DNA from: an uncultured Chloroflexia bacterium
GTDB taxonomy: Bacteria; Chloroflexota; Limnocylindria; Limnocylindrales; CSP1-4
Length of the DNA: 64,000 nt
NCBI GenBank assembly: GCA_963789725.1
Contig: CAWBLU010000001.1
Coordinates: 783,790-847,789, forward strand
Reading direction: 5' to 3'
Each line of letters starts with the position of its first letter. Position 1 is the first letter of the stretch. The notes beneath the pieces were generated by a model. That model did not search any database, had not been told where the DNA came from, and saw only the letters and a list, made by a program, of their open reading frames with translations. Made by a program: the position numbers and the translations under genes. This document shows, one piece after another, positions 38,660 to 49,124 of the stretch.

Positions 38660-39301
38660 ATGTCGATCAACCCCAGTACGAATTTGGCGAGACTTCTGTC
38701 GAACGACCGCGTTCGCGAAGTAGAGAACCGCTTCGGCGAAAGTGCCTACTCGGCAGCCAAGGCGGCTCCGGATCCCGGTCGGGCCGGCATCGTAGTCACG
38801 CGCCGCAGGCCCGCCCATTTCGTCGCCCTGACCGAGGATGGCCGGATCGACGCCATGCTCGCCCAGAGTGGCAAGCTCGCCGCCTTGCTGGAGAAGCGAG
38901 GCTCGATCAACGTCAACACCGCCCAACGGGGCGCGAGCGACGGTTCCGTGCCGCTGACGCCCGCCCTGGGGCTCAAGACGGTCGACCCGTACGACGTGAC
39001 GATCGCGATGCCCGCCGAGGACGGCGAGCCGGCTGTCAGCGACGCCGATCACGAGGCCTGGCAGAGGTTCCGCGTTTCCTATGACGCGACCATCGAGGCT
39101 CCGCCCTACAAGGTGACCGGCCTCCTGCTCCTCCTGCCGTCGCAGGATCCGTTCTCTCTGACCGAGCGTGGCACAGACCTGTTCCTGGCCGTATTCAACC
39201 CCACGGTCGAATACCTGGGCGCCACCTTGAATGACATCCCGCGCGACTCGATCCTCGTCAACCGCTCGCACATGCGGAGAGTCAAAGCCACGATGCGGTA
39301 G
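38660..39301 (+). CDS. Hypothetical protein, possibly tandem DUF6812-like domains
   Basis: AAGGAG SD; coding-like codon usage; C-terminal half YKVTG...FLAV...ILVNRSH. Confidence 0.6.
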   Translation: MSINPSTNLARLLSNDRVREVENRFGESAYSAAKAAPDPGRAGIVVTRRRPAHFVALTEDGRIDAMLAQSGKLAALLEKRGSINVNTAQRGASDGSVPLTPALGLKTVDPYDVTIAMPAEDGEPAVSDADHEAWQRFRVSYDATIEAPPYKVTGLLLLLPSQDPFSLTERGTDLFLAVFNPTVEYLGATLNDIPRDSILVNRSHMRRVKATMR

Positions 39302-39497
39302 CCGCCGCCGCGTATGTCGGCGGAGTGAAACCAGGCTCCGTTGCCGCCGGCGGCGCGCCACGGGCACGAACCGCCGCCCGTGTCAGAATGGCCGAAACGG
39401 CTTCCAGTCGGGCGGCCTCCGCCGCTTGCGATCACGCCCGTCCGCGCCACCGCCCTGAAGCCCAATCGCATGAACCGGAACGCCCGGAGAGGTCGAG

Positions 39498-40616
39498 ATG
39501 CTTGTCGGTGTACCTCGCGAGATCAAGGACAACGAGTTCCGAGTCGGCCTGACGCCGAGCGCGGTTCGCGAGCTCGTGGCGCACGGACACAATGTCATCG
39601 TCCAGGCTGGGGCCGGCGAGGCGATCGATCTCGACGACGCCCACTACCACGCCGCCGGGGCCGAAATCGTCGCCGACGCCGCGGCGGTGTTCGCCCGGGC
39701 CGAGATGGTCGTCAAGGTCAAGGAGCCGCAGCCGACCGAAATCGCGATGCTTCGCGAGGGCCAGATCCTGTTCACGTACCTGCACCTGGCTCCGGACCGC
39801 GAGCAGACGCAGGGCCTGCTCGAGTCGGGCTGCATCGGCATCGCCTACGAAACGGTCACCGACGAGCGGGGCGGCCTGCCGCTGCTGGCGCCCATGAGCG
39901 AGGTCGCCGGCCGGATGTCGATTCAGGCCGGGGCGCATGCCCTCGAGCGCGAAGCCGGCGGCCGAGGCGTGTTGCTCGGCGGCGTGCCCGGTGTTCCGCC
40001 GGCCAAGGTTGTCGTGCTCGGCGGCGGCGTGGTCGGAATGAACGCCCTCCGAATGGCGCTCGGGCTCGAGGCCGATGTAACCGTCATCGACAAGTCGCTG
40101 CCTCGCCTGAAGGAACTGGACCTGGCCTTCGCCCCGGCCCTGAAGACGCGCTACTCCACCACGGATGTCATCGAGGAAAGCGTCGCGACCGCGGACCTGG
40201 TCATCGGCGCCGTCCTCACGCCGGGCGGCACGGCCCCCAGGCTGGTCACCCGCCAGATGGTCGCGAGCATGCGCCGGGGTACCGTCGTGGTCGACGTATC
40301 GATCGACCAGGGCGGCTGCTTCGAAACGTCGCGGCCAACCACTCACTCCAATCCCACGTATGTCGTGGACGGAGTCGTCCACTACTGCGTCACGAACATG
40401 CCCGGCGCGGTCGCCCGGACGTCTACGTTCGCGCTCAACAACGCAACCCTTCCATTCACGCTGGCACTCGCGGACAAGGGCTATCGCGGCGCCATGCAGG
40501 CGGACGTTCACCTGCGCAACGGGCTCAACGTCTTCGCCGGGAAGGTCACTCATGAAGCTGTCGCGGCCGACCAGGGCGTCCAATGCGTGCCGGCGGAGAT
40601 CGCACTGGGACTGTAG
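39498..40616 (+). CDS. ald: Alanine dehydrogenase
   Basis: [43 protein letters not shown] and NMPGAV. Confidence 0.96.
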   Translation: MLVGVPREIKDNEFRVGLTPSAVRELVAHGHNVIVQAGAGEAIDLDDAHYHAAGAEIVADAAAVFARAEMVVKVKEPQPTEIAMLREGQILFTYLHLAPDREQTQGLLESGCIGIAYETVTDERGGLPLLAPMSEVAGRMSIQAGAHALEREAGGRGVLLGGVPGVPPAKVVVLGGGVVGMNALRMALGLEADVTVIDKSLPRLKELDLAFAPALKTRYSTTDVIEESVATADLVIGAVLTPGGTAPRLVTRQMVASMRRGTVVVDVSIDQGGCFETSRPTTHSNPTYVVDGVVHYCVTNMPGAVARTSTFALNNATLPFTLALADKGYRGAMQADVHLRNGLNVFAGKVTHEAVAADQGVQCVPAEIALGL

Positions 40617-40619
40617 CAA

Positions 40620-41327
40620 ATGCGCTACGCGCTCTATCTCGAGTCGGGCCCCCAGCATCGCAAGACCTGGATCTACGTCCCCGGCCTGCCCGGCTGCTCG
40701 ACCGTGGCGGCCACGAGCGATGGGGCGATCGATGCCGCGACGGCCGCGATCCATGAGCGCCTCGATTTCCTGCGCCGCCACGGCGAGAGCGTCGCGGACT
40801 TCGAGCCGGTCGATGCCGTCGTGGCGGGGCACGCCGTCGAGCGCAAGTACCTCGGGTTTGCCCAGGGCACGTTCCCGAGCGATCGCCTGCCGATGACCGC
40901 CGACGAGGCGACTCGCGAGTTGCGCTGGGCAGAGTGGTCGCGCGAAGAGCTCGTTGCCGCCGCCCGAGCCCAGCCGCGGGCGCTGGCCGAGAAGCCGGCC
41001 GCAGGCGGCCGGTCGGCAGCGGCGATACTGTCGCACGTCGCCGGGTCGGAGTGGTCGTATGCCAGTTCGACGCTGGGCACGATTGCGGGCGGAGGCGCCC
41101 TGATCGCCGCAATCGAGGCCGCCGGTGAGGAGCCCTGGGCCGCCCTCGCGGCCGAGCGGGACGCGCTCCTGGCGCGGCTGCGGCTGATGGCCCCCGAGGA
41201 GCTGACCCGGGTCGTCGATCGTGGTGAAGGCAGACCCTCCCGGAGCGCGCGCCGAATGATGAGGCGGCTCCTCGAGCACGAGTGGGAGCACGTCCTGGAA
41301 CTGAGATCGAGGGTGGCCGGCCGGTAG
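40620..41327 (+). CDS. HicB-like N-terminal + DinB-like C-terminal fusion protein
   Basis: VPGLPGCSTVAAT..AI...HGE; ILSHVA..E..Y; RRLLEHEWEH. Confidence 0.7.
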   Translation: MRYALYLESGPQHRKTWIYVPGLPGCSTVAATSDGAIDAATAAIHERLDFLRRHGESVADFEPVDAVVAGHAVERKYLGFAQGTFPSDRLPMTADEATRELRWAEWSREELVAAARAQPRALAEKPAAGGRSAAAILSHVAGSEWSYASSTLGTIAGGGALIAAIEAAGEEPWAALAAERDALLARLRLMAPEELTRVVDRGEGRPSRSARRMMRRLLEHEWEHVLELRSRVAGR

Positions 41328-41524
41328 AGGCCGAGGGAGTTGGCCGGGCTGGGGGGTTGGAACGGCGAGCCGGTGCGCCGCGCGCCGTGAACAATCGAGC
41401 CCGGGCGAGCGTCTGGACTGTCGCGGAACCGATGAGCCGCACACACCCGGCTCCGTCGAGTGGGGCATGGCCCGAGCGGTTCGCGACCGCCGGGTCTGCA
41501 GGCCAGGGGCAGAGGAGGTCCCAG

Positions 41525-43447
41525 ATGCGCGTCAGTTTCGTCACGGGACGCCTCGGCTTGCTTGCCGCCGGCTTTATCGTCGCCGCTTGCGGGAGTGCGG
41601 CACCGACAGCCGGAGGCGTCAAGCCGGGCGGTTCGGGCGGCAGGGCGTGGCTGGATGCGGCGGCGCCGGTCGAGCGGCGGGTGGCGGCGCTTCTGGCCGA
41701 GATGACACTCGACGAGAAGCTCGGCCAGATGACCCAGATCGAGATCGGCAGCATCGACGCCGACGGCGGCAGGGAGGGCCTCTTGGGGAGCGTCCTGTCG
41801 GGAGGCGACGGCAACCCCGAGGCCGGCAACACGGCCCAGAACTGGTACGACATGGTCGGCTGGGTACAGGAGGCCGCGCTGGAGACGCGTCTCGGGATCC
41901 CGATCCTGTACGGCGTGGACGCCGTCCACGGCGACGCGCACCTGGTCGGAACCACGGTCTTTCCACACAACGTCGGCCTGGGTGCGACCCGCGACGCCGA
42001 CCTAGTGGAGGAGACGTGCCGGATCACCGCGGCGGAGATGAACGCCACCGGCGTGCGCTGGACTTTCGCCCCGATGGTGACCGTGCCACAGGACATCCGC
42101 TGGGGCCGGACCTACGAAGGCTACGGCGAGAACACCGAACTCGTCGGCCGGCTCGGAACCGCCTGCCTCGAGGGTCTGCAGGGCGCGAGCCTGAGCGATC
42201 CGTACACGGTGGTCGCCGACCCTAAGGCCTTTATCGGCGACGGCGGGACCGCCTTCGGCACTTCGGAGGGGTTCAACCAGGGGCGCACATACTTGCTCGA
42301 CCAGGGGGTAGACCGGCTCGCCAACGCCACCATCGAGACGCTGTTCCTGCCGCCCTTTCAGGATGCGATCGACAACGGCGCCCGCATCGTCATGGCCTCC
42401 TTCTCGGGAACGCAGGACGGCGGCAAGATCCACGGCGACAAGCATTGGCTGACCGACATCCTCAAGACCCGGCTCGGCTTCACCGGATTCGTGGTGTCCG
42501 ACTGGGGCGGGATCGACCAGATCGACTACTCCGACTACGGCAAGGCCGTAGCCAGGGCCGTCAACGCCGGCCTCGACATGGCCATGGTCCCTTACGACTG
42601 GCGGCGCTTCGAGTCGACGCTGAAGTCGCTCGTCGTCAGTGGCGCTGTGCCGCAGTCGCGGATCGACGACGCCGTCACTCGGATCCTGCGCGTGAAATTC
42701 GAGATGGGCCTCTTCGAGAACCCAATGCCTCCGTCGGGCAGGTGGGCGGAGGTCGGCTCCGAAGCCAGTCGGGCGGTCGCGCGCCGGGCCGTGGCCGAGT
42801 CGGCCGTGCTCCTGAAGACGAGCCCGGGCGTCCTTCCGATTTCGAAAGCGAGCCCGAAGGTCCTGCTAGCCGGCCAGGGCGCCGACGATATCGGCATTTC
42901 ATCCGGGGGCTGGACCCTGAGCTGGCAGGGCCAGGCCGGCAACCTGACGCCCGGCACGACCCTGAGGACGGCGCTCGCCGCCGAACTCGGGCCCGCCATC
43001 ACCTACTCGGCCGGCGGCGACTTCGCGACCGGGACCACTGCCGAAGTCGGCGTCGTGGTCGTGGCGGAGAGGCCGTACGCCGAGGGCATCGGCGACACGG
43101 TCGGCCTTGCGCTGCCGACCGGAGACGTGGCCCTGGTGGCGAAGATGCGGCCGCTCGTCAAGAAGCTCGTGGTGGTGATCATGTCCGGCCGGCCGGTCAT
43201 GACCGATGCCCTAGCTGCCGGCGGCGCCGACGCCGTGGTCGCTGCGTGGCTGCCCGGAACCCAGGACGAAGGCCTGGCCGACGTGCTCCTGGGAGTTAAG
43301 CCCTTTACCGGCACGACGCCCTACACGTGGCCCAGGACCGCCCAGGACGCCCCTCGCTTCGGCAAAACCTCGTGTCAGGGCGCCATCTATCCCTACGGCT
43401 ACGGCCTTGACTCGAGCGGGTCGCTTCTCGGCCCTGCCGCCTGCTAG
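41525..43447 (+). CDS. Glycoside hydrolase family 3 (beta-glucosidase/exo-glucanase-like) lipoprotein
   Basis: GAGGAGG SD; lipobox VAAC; MTLDEKLGQM, DAVHG, RWGRTYE, GFVVSDW, E.PYAEG and AWLPG. Confidence 0.93.
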   Translation: MRVSFVTGRLGLLAAGFIVAACGSAAPTAGGVKPGGSGGRAWLDAAAPVERRVAALLAEMTLDEKLGQMTQIEIGSIDADGGREGLLGSVLSGGDGNPEAGNTAQNWYDMVGWVQEAALETRLGIPILYGVDAVHGDAHLVGTTVFPHNVGLGATRDADLVEETCRITAAEMNATGVRWTFAPMVTVPQDIRWGRTYEGYGENTELVGRLGTACLEGLQGASLSDPYTVVADPKAFIGDGGTAFGTSEGFNQGRTYLLDQGVDRLANATIETLFLPPFQDAIDNGARIVMASFSGTQDGGKIHGDKHWLTDILKTRLGFTGFVVSDWGGIDQIDYSDYGKAVARAVNAGLDMAMVPYDWRRFESTLKSLVVSGAVPQSRIDDAVTRILRVKFEMGLFENPMPPSGRWAEVGSEASRAVARRAVAESAVLLKTSPGVLPISKASPKVLLAGQGADDIGISSGGWTLSWQGQAGNLTPGTTLRTALAAELGPAITYSAGGDFATGTTAEVGVVVVAERPYAEGIGDTVGLALPTGDVALVAKMRPLVKKLVVVIMSGRPVMTDALAAGGADAVVAAWLPGTQDEGLADVLLGVKPFTGTTPYTWPRTAQDAPRFGKTSCQGAIYPYGYGLDSSGSLLGPAAC

Positions 43448-43469
43448 AGCCGGGTTCGAAAGGCGGAGC

Positions 43470-44018
43470 CTACCTCGGTCCCGAGAACGACTCCGCTCCA
43501 AGGACGACGCGGGCGATCTCGGCGTCGATCTCCTCGATAAGGATGTCGCCTAGCCGATCGGCCGCGCGCTGAGCGATGGGGCCCTCGGTGAAGCGTTGGT
43601 TCGGCCGGGCCAGGTCCATCTCTTCGAGCCGCGATTGGGTGAAACGGGCGCCGCGATGCCGTTCGCAGCAGGCCACGATCAGGTTCTCCGGATCCTCGAT
43701 GCCGTAGCCGCTGAGGTAGAAGTTGCCGACCTTGGCGAGGACTTCCACGGGACCCGTGCCGTTGGCGAAGAAGCCGACCGGATAGACAGCGTCCGGTCCC
43801 AGCCAGCGGACGATCGCGGCCACGAGGACCGCCGAGGACTTGGCCTCTCTCCAGCCGTCACCCCGGACGATCTGGGCAACGGCTCGGCCAATGCCGGCGG
43901 CCTCCTCGTTGGCCAGGACGGCGCGAAACTCGCGGTTCAGCGAGATGACCGCCTTGTCCATGCCCCGGGCCGTCGTCACGTTCTGCTGGGTTTCAGGTTG
44001 ATCCACCGTTGCGCTCAT
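43470..44018 (-). CDS. Hypothetical protein
   Basis: Globular, natural amino-acid composition; fills the gap between convergent and co-oriented genes; start uncertain (44018 or 43961). Confidence 0.6.
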   Translation of the reverse strand: MSATVDQPETQQNVTTARGMDKAVISLNREFRAVLANEEAAGIGRAVAQIVRGDGWREAKSSAVLVAAIVRWLGPDAVYPVGFFANGTGPVEVLAKVGNFYLSGYGIEDPENLIVACCERHRGARFTQSRLEEMDLARPNQRFTEGPIAQRAADRLGDILIEEIDAEIARVVLGAESFSGPR

Positions 44019-44290
44019 AAGTGCGGCGTATGCGGTAAACGTTAGACGAGCGTGACCGCCCGTCAAGACCGGCCTTCCGGCCCAATCTATCAGTACTTTT
44101 GGTTGCGGCGTCAGTGGTCCTGAGGTCGTGCGGGTCTGTTGCGTGCCCGCACATCACATGCGTGAGGTCCGGTGTGACGCCACGGCCGGACCTCGTGAGT
44201 ATGGTGCCGGACGGCACCGCTCGTAGGACTTTGTCCGCAACCGCTCCGGCAGTATGCGCTCCGGCCGATCAGCGCTCAGGCCGGGTCGAG

Positions 44291-45931
44291 CTAGCCGGCC
44301 GCGGTCAGGGCCTCGGTGACGACGGCCTGAGCTTCTTCGAGAATGGCGTTCAGATGGCCCTCGCCCAGGAAGCTCTCGGCGTAGACCTTGTACACGTCCT
44401 CGGTGCCGGATGGTCGAGCCGCGAACCAGCCGTGCTCCGTTGTGACCTTGACCCCGCCTATCGCCGCGTCGTTGCCCGGCGCGCGCGTCAGGACCGCGAC
44501 GATAGGTTCGCCTCCGAGGTGGGAGGCCCGCACCTGGGCCGGAGACAGCTTCGCGAGGATCGTCCGCTGCTCGCGCGAGGCCGGCGCGTCGATGCGCCGG
44601 TACGCGGGCGCGCCGAACTTGACGGTGAGGGCCGCGTAGGCGACCCCGGGATCGGCACCCGTTCGCGCGGTCATCTCGGCGGCCAGCAGGCAGGCGATCA
44701 AACCGTCCTTGTCGGTCGTCCAGACCGTTCCGTCGCGACGGAGGAACGACGCCCCGGCGCTCTCCTCTCCGCCGAACCCGAGCGCGCCGTCGAGGAGCCC
44801 GTCGACGAACCACTTGAACCCGACCGGGACCTCCAGGAGTCGACGCGGCAACTCGGCCGCGACCCGATCCAGCATGCCGGTCGAGACCAGAGTCTTGCCG
44901 ACCGCGACGTCGGGGCTCCAGTCGCGGTTGCGGTACAGGTACGCCACTGCCGCGGACAGGTAGTGATTCGGGTTCATCAACCCGGCTGATCTGGTGACGA
45001 TGCCGTGGCGATCGGCGTCAGTGTCGTTGGCGAAGGCGACGTCGAAGCGGTCCTTCAGCGCGACCAGCCGGGCCATCGCATAGGGAGACGAGGGGTCCAT
45101 TCGTATCCGGCCGTCCCAATCGACGGTCATGAAGCCGAACTGCGGATCGACGACTTCGTTGGTCACGGTCAGGTCGAGCCCGTACCGGTCACGGACGGCG
45201 GCCCAGTAGCCGACGCTGGCTCCGCCGAGCGGATCCACTCCCAGCCTGAGACCGGAACCGCGAATCGCCTCCATGTCGACGATGCCGGCGAGGTCCGCCA
45301 CGTATGTGCCGGTGAAGTCGTAGCGGCCGGCCGAAACGATGGCCTGCTCGTACCGGACTCGCCGGACGCCCTTCAGCCGAGATCTCAGGAGATCGTTGGC
45401 ATCTGCCTGGATCGCGCCGGTAACGTCCGTGTCGGCCGGTCCGCCGTTCGGCGGGTTGTACTTGAAGCCGCCGTCCTCGGGAGGGTTGTGCGATGGAGTG
45501 ACGACGATGCCGTCGGCCAGGCCCTCGGTCCGGCCGCGATTGTAGGTGAGGATTGCGTGCGAGACTGCCGGCGTCGGCGTGAGCCCGTCGTCGCTGTCGA
45601 CCAGGACCGACACCCCGTTGGCGATCAGTACCTCCAGGGCGGAGCGGGTCGCCGGCACCGAGAGGGCGTGACTGTCCTTGCCGATGAACAGGGGCCCGGT
45701 TATGCCTTTGCCGCGGCGGTAGCGGCAGATGGCCTCGGTAGTGGCCAGGATGTGGTCCTCGTTGAACGAGGTCTTCAGCGACGAACCGCGGTGTCCGGAC
45801 GTGCCGAAGGCGACTGCCTGCGAGGCCACCTCCGCGTCCGGATGGAGGTCGTAGTAGGCATCGACCAGTCGAGATACGTCGACCAGCATCGACGGTTCGG
45901 CGGGCTTCCCCGCCCTGTCGCTGACTCCCAC
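44291..45931 (-). CDS. pgm: Phosphoglucomutase, alpha-D-glucose phosphate-specific
   Basis: [26 protein letters not shown] and RPSGTE; GGAGG SD before GTG at 45931. Confidence 0.95.
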   Translation of the reverse strand: MGVSDRAGKPAEPSMLVDVSRLVDAYYDLHPDAEVASQAVAFGTSGHRGSSLKTSFNEDHILATTEAICRYRRGKGITGPLFIGKDSHALSVPATRSALEVLIANGVSVLVDSDDGLTPTPAVSHAILTYNRGRTEGLADGIVVTPSHNPPEDGGFKYNPPNGGPADTDVTGAIQADANDLLRSRLKGVRRVRYEQAIVSAGRYDFTGTYVADLAGIVDMEAIRGSGLRLGVDPLGGASVGYWAAVRDRYGLDLTVTNEVVDPQFGFMTVDWDGRIRMDPSSPYAMARLVALKDRFDVAFANDTDADRHGIVTRSAGLMNPNHYLSAAVAYLYRNRDWSPDVAVGKTLVSTGMLDRVAAELPRRLLEVPVGFKWFVDGLLDGALGFGGEESAGASFLRRDGTVWTTDKDGLIACLLAAEMTARTGADPGVAYAALTVKFGAPAYRRIDAPASREQRTILAKLSPAQVRASHLGGEPIVAVLTRAPGNDAAIGGVKVTTEHGWFAARPSGTEDVYKVYAESFLGEGHLNAILEEAQAVVTEALTAAG

Positions 45932-46032
45932 GATGCCGCCTCCCAATGCCGGACTGAACCCCCCCCGCTAGATGATGCCCCATGTAGCCGCGAGCTGGAT
46001 AGGGCGGTTCCACCGTCGGGTCGGGCGGCGTT

Positions 46033-46713
46033 TCAGCCGGCGGCCAGGTCCAGGCTCCAACCGGTCGCATCCGCCAGCAGGGGCGTCAGATCCTCGACGG
46101 CGCGCCCGACCTCGGCGCCGGCCGCCACCAGCTCGTCGACCGGGGCTTCCGGGTTCGACGGCTCCAGTGCGAGTATCTCGAAGCATCGCTTCTGGGCGCC
46201 CCACTCGGCCTGGGCGAGCCTGCCCTCCCGAGGGGCGCCGCTCCAACCCAGGCGAAGGTCGATCTCGCCGGTGAGCGTCAGCATCAGGCCCGAGCATTGC
46301 CCGATCACGCCCGCAGGCACGCGCGACCGGACGAGCTGTGAGGGAAACTCGAAAGTGGCCAGGGCGAGCCAGGCCATCCAGTCGCGGGCCATGGTGTCGT
46401 TGGCGGACGCTTCGGGAACATCGGTCAGCGGTCGGAAGAGGGCCGCTATAGCCGGCAGATTGTCCCGACGGAGCCTGTCCCACAGGGTCTTCAGCGCCTC
46501 GTCGAATGTGGCGACCGGGGTCGCGCCGTGGCAGATGGCGAAGATGTGGCGGGCACGTTCGCACGCCGCTCCCGCGAATGCGATCTGTCTCGGCAGGCAC
46601 AGCCCGGCGACTCGCGCCCCGAGCTCCTCACTTCGAGTCAAGCAACCCTCGCGGCAATCGCCGGCACACGTTCGGCAATCGCGGCACGCCCTATCCCAGC
46701 GCGTCGCGACCAT
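46033..46713 (-). CDS. Hypothetical protein, DUF416/YjaG-like with a Cys-rich N-terminus
   Basis: RQIAFAGAACER...ALKTLW resembles YjaG; N-terminal CRDCRTCAGDCREGC. Confidence 0.5.
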   Translation of the reverse strand: MVATRWDRACRDCRTCAGDCREGCLTRSEELGARVAGLCLPRQIAFAGAACERARHIFAICHGATPVATFDEALKTLWDRLRRDNLPAIAALFRPLTDVPEASANDTMARDWMAWLALATFEFPSQLVRSRVPAGVIGQCSGLMLTLTGEIDLRLGWSGAPREGRLAQAEWGAQKRCFEILALEPSNPEAPVDELVAAGAEVGRAVEDLTPLLADATGWSLDLAAG

Positions 46714-46816
46714 TCGGGTGCGCCGGTCCCCGGGGTTTGACCCTTGGGCGTTTCCCCGGCTGTGGTCCGCGCCGCCCCACCCGACGGCCGACCATGTGCG
46801 ATGTCCGACGTAGCCC

Positions 46817-47830
46817 TCAGTAGGGTAGCGCGATCGTGGATGCGCTGCCGGCCTCTCCCAACAAAGGCATTCCCCAGGCCTCCTCGATCGTCCGCAGCAT
46901 CGAGTAGTGGGTGCAGGGCCCGTCGAAGCGCGCCGCCGATGCCATCCCCGGGCTCAGCGCGATCGTCGCGATGTGGCCGCCACCCTGGGCGTTGGAGTCG
47001 CCCTCATCCCAGGTGATGAAGACAACCGAATTCTCGAACGCGGGACTGCCGGTGATCTCGGGCACGAACAGCTTGAGGAAGGCGTCGCCGGCGGCAACGG
47101 AACTGCTGTGCATGTCGTTGATCTCGTTGGGGATGATCATCTCGAAGTCGGCCGCCGTCGGGTCGAAGCCGGCGAAATTGGTGATGTTGGCGCATCGCGC
47201 GGGGTCGCCGCTTATCGAGGTGTAGCTGATGGCCGGGTTGTGCTTGCGGACGTAGTCGCCTGCCGCGCCGGGGCCGTCGGTCACCGGGTCGGCCGCGTAC
47301 GGCTTGAAGCAATTGCCCGGGTAGCCCTGGGCGTACAGACGCCAGGAGCGACCCGAGGCCTCGATCTGGTCGAAGAGGTTCGGGACGTCCAGGTTGTACG
47401 TGCCGTCGGTGCTCGTGCCCTGCAAGCCGCCCGAGGTCAGGGCGATGTAGTTCGGTTCCGACGGATGCGTCTCCGCGTAGAAGTTCGTGGCCAGGCCGTA
47501 GCGGCCGATCAGCGAGTTCAGATAGGGCGCTGCTCTGGAGCCGACGATGCTGCTGTATTCCTTGTTCTCCAGGATGATCACGTAGATGTGGCTGAAGGCC
47601 GGGATGCCACTCGACGGCGACGGGATGAGGGTCGGGGTGGCCATCACGACCGGCGAAGCCGGGCCGGTCGATGGCGTCGCGCCGGACGGCGTCTCGACAG
47701 CAGTCGGGGCGGTCGGCTGCGCCGTGCCGGTCGCACTGGCGGTGATCGTCACGGATGGCCCGCATGCGCCCGAGACGAGCGCAACCGCCACGACCGCAAC
47801 ACCCAATCTGCCCACGGCCTGGCGTTTCAA
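46817..47830 (-). CDS. Phosphoesterase (acid phosphatase/PLC family) lipoprotein
   Basis: IILENK, HPSEPNY, YVRKHNP, NDMH, TWDE and HYSMLRTIE; lipobox SGAC; GGAGG SD before the TTG. Confidence 0.9.
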   Translation of the reverse strand: MKRQAVGRLGVAVVAVALVSGACGPSVTITASATGTAQPTAPTAVETPSGATPSTGPASPVVMATPTLIPSPSSGIPAFSHIYVIILENKEYSSIVGSRAAPYLNSLIGRYGLATNFYAETHPSEPNYIALTSGGLQGTSTDGTYNLDVPNLFDQIEASGRSWRLYAQGYPGNCFKPYAADPVTDGPGAAGDYVRKHNPAISYTSISGDPARCANITNFAGFDPTAADFEMIIPNEINDMHSSSVAAGDAFLKLFVPEITGSPAFENSVVFITWDEGDSNAQGGGHIATIALSPGMASAARFDGPCTHYSMLRTIEEAWGMPLLGEAGSASTIALPY

Positions 47831-47952
47831 ATGAGACCTCCGTAGAGTCCGGGGGGCCCGGCCCCTCGCCGACCCGCTCTACCGAGCGGCGCGATGGAAG
47901 TATCGACCAACGCGGGGGCGACGCTCTAGCGAGCCACGCCGAACCTGCGCCT

Positions 47953-47988
47953 CGTGCTGCGACGGCGCCGCGCGCTGCGACGGCGCCG
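47953..47988. repeat. 18-bp direct repeat x2 in the intergenic region
   Basis: cgtgctgcgacggcgccg / cgcgctgcgacggcgccg. Confidence 0.6.
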
Positions 47989-48053
47989 CCGCCGGGGTAA
48001 CGTTGCAGGAGCCTCGCGGGGCGCCATCTCAGCCGCATTCGAGACCGATCGCC

Positions 48054-48623
48054 ATGAAGAACCCGACCGGCACCGCGCAGGATCGCGTTCGCCCGCTCGT
48101 CCGGGTCCGCCAGAACCGCCAGTTCACGGATCTCTCCGTGGCGTCGGCGGACCTCGACGCCATCGCCGACGTCGCCCGTTGGTCGGGCAGTGCCGGCAAC
48201 GGCCAGCCGTGGCGGTTCATCGCCGTCCGCGACACGGGTACCATCCGGCGGATCGCCGCCGTCGGCATGCCGTCGACGCGCGGCCTGCAAACCGCCCCCA
48301 CGGCCATCGCCGTGGTCATGCCGGACCGCCAGGAGAAGGCGATCCAGGATGCCTTCGACGAGGGCCGGGTCGCCGAACGGATCCTGATCGGTGCCACCAA
48401 GCTGGATCTCGCCGCCGGCATCAGCTGGGTCCCGGCGGCTGCCAGAGATACGGTCGGGGCGATCCTCGGAGTGCCGGACGGCTGGTCGGTCAGAACCATC
48501 GTCGCGATCGGCCATCCGAGCGAGGCCGGTCTCCAGCCCAAAAATGCCCCCGGCGCCGCCCGTCTACCGCGCGGCGAGGTCGTCCACGACGAGAAGTGGC
48601 CGCCAGCAGGTGACAGACGATGA
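48054..48623 (+). CDS. Nitroreductase family protein
   Basis: RQNRQF, SGSAGNGQPWRF, FDEGR and IAIGHP-like C-terminus. Confidence 0.88.
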   Translation: MKNPTGTAQDRVRPLVRVRQNRQFTDLSVASADLDAIADVARWSGSAGNGQPWRFIAVRDTGTIRRIAAVGMPSTRGLQTAPTAIAVVMPDRQEKAIQDAFDEGRVAERILIGATKLDLAAGISWVPAAARDTVGAILGVPDGWSVRTIVAIGHPSEAGLQPKNAPGAARLPRGEVVHDEKWPPAGDRR

Positions 48624-49090
48624 TGTTCAGGCATGAGTCGTCTCTCGCGCTCGCTCTCCTGTGTCTACTGGCCACGTCGGTCGTGGCTTGCGAGACGCAG
48701 GACTTCACACCCGATGCGACCATGCAGACGATGCCCGAGTCGCGCCTGGCACCGTTTCCGAATTCGACCCTCCTGGTCCAGGGCGCATTCCCCAGAACGG
48801 AGTCATTCCTGGAAGCAACCTCGGACGCTTACCTCCTGCGCAAGTTCGGGACAAACGCTAGCTATGCGGAAGTGATCGACTACTACGCCTCGCTTCTGGG
48901 GCCACTTGGCTGGAAGCACGCCTGTCCTGCGTGCCTCGGCTGGGACAAGCCCGGGTATCGGTTCGAGATCATGACGGAGACGCCCGGCTCGCTTCCCTCA
49001 TCTCAACGAGGCTACGAGCTCGTCTACGACGAGCTCCTGAAGGAGGTCCGGCCCCCCCCCACCCGAACCGTCAGGACGAGCGGCGGTTAG
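48620..49090 (+). CDS. Hypothetical lipoprotein
   Basis: ATGA overlap; lipobox VVAC; VIDYY...LGW motif; CPAC. Confidence 0.55.
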   Translation: MMFRHESSLALALLCLLATSVVACETQDFTPDATMQTMPESRLAPFPNSTLLVQGAFPRTESFLEATSDAYLLRKFGTNASYAEVIDYYASLLGPLGWKHACPACLGWDKPGYRFEIMTETPGSLPSSQRGYELVYDELLKEVRPPPTRTVRTSGG

Positions 49091-49124
49091 GTTGAACAGC
49101 CTAGGCGGCCGCTCCAGGACGGGC

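Noticed and set aside
40620-41327. HicAB toxin-antitoxin module
   Set aside because: No hicA, and the C-terminus is DinB-like rather than a DNA-binding domain
44140-44195. CRP site or ncRNA in the gap downstream of pgm
   Set aside because: TGTGA-N6-TCACA spacing does not fit; the gaggtccgg/ccggacctc hairpin is explicable as a simple terminator-like stem
49052-49060. C9 homopolymer as a phase-variation switch (also C8 at 45959-45966)
   Set aside because: Lies in the last about 10 codons (or is intergenic), so slippage would have little effect; such runs are expected at this GC content
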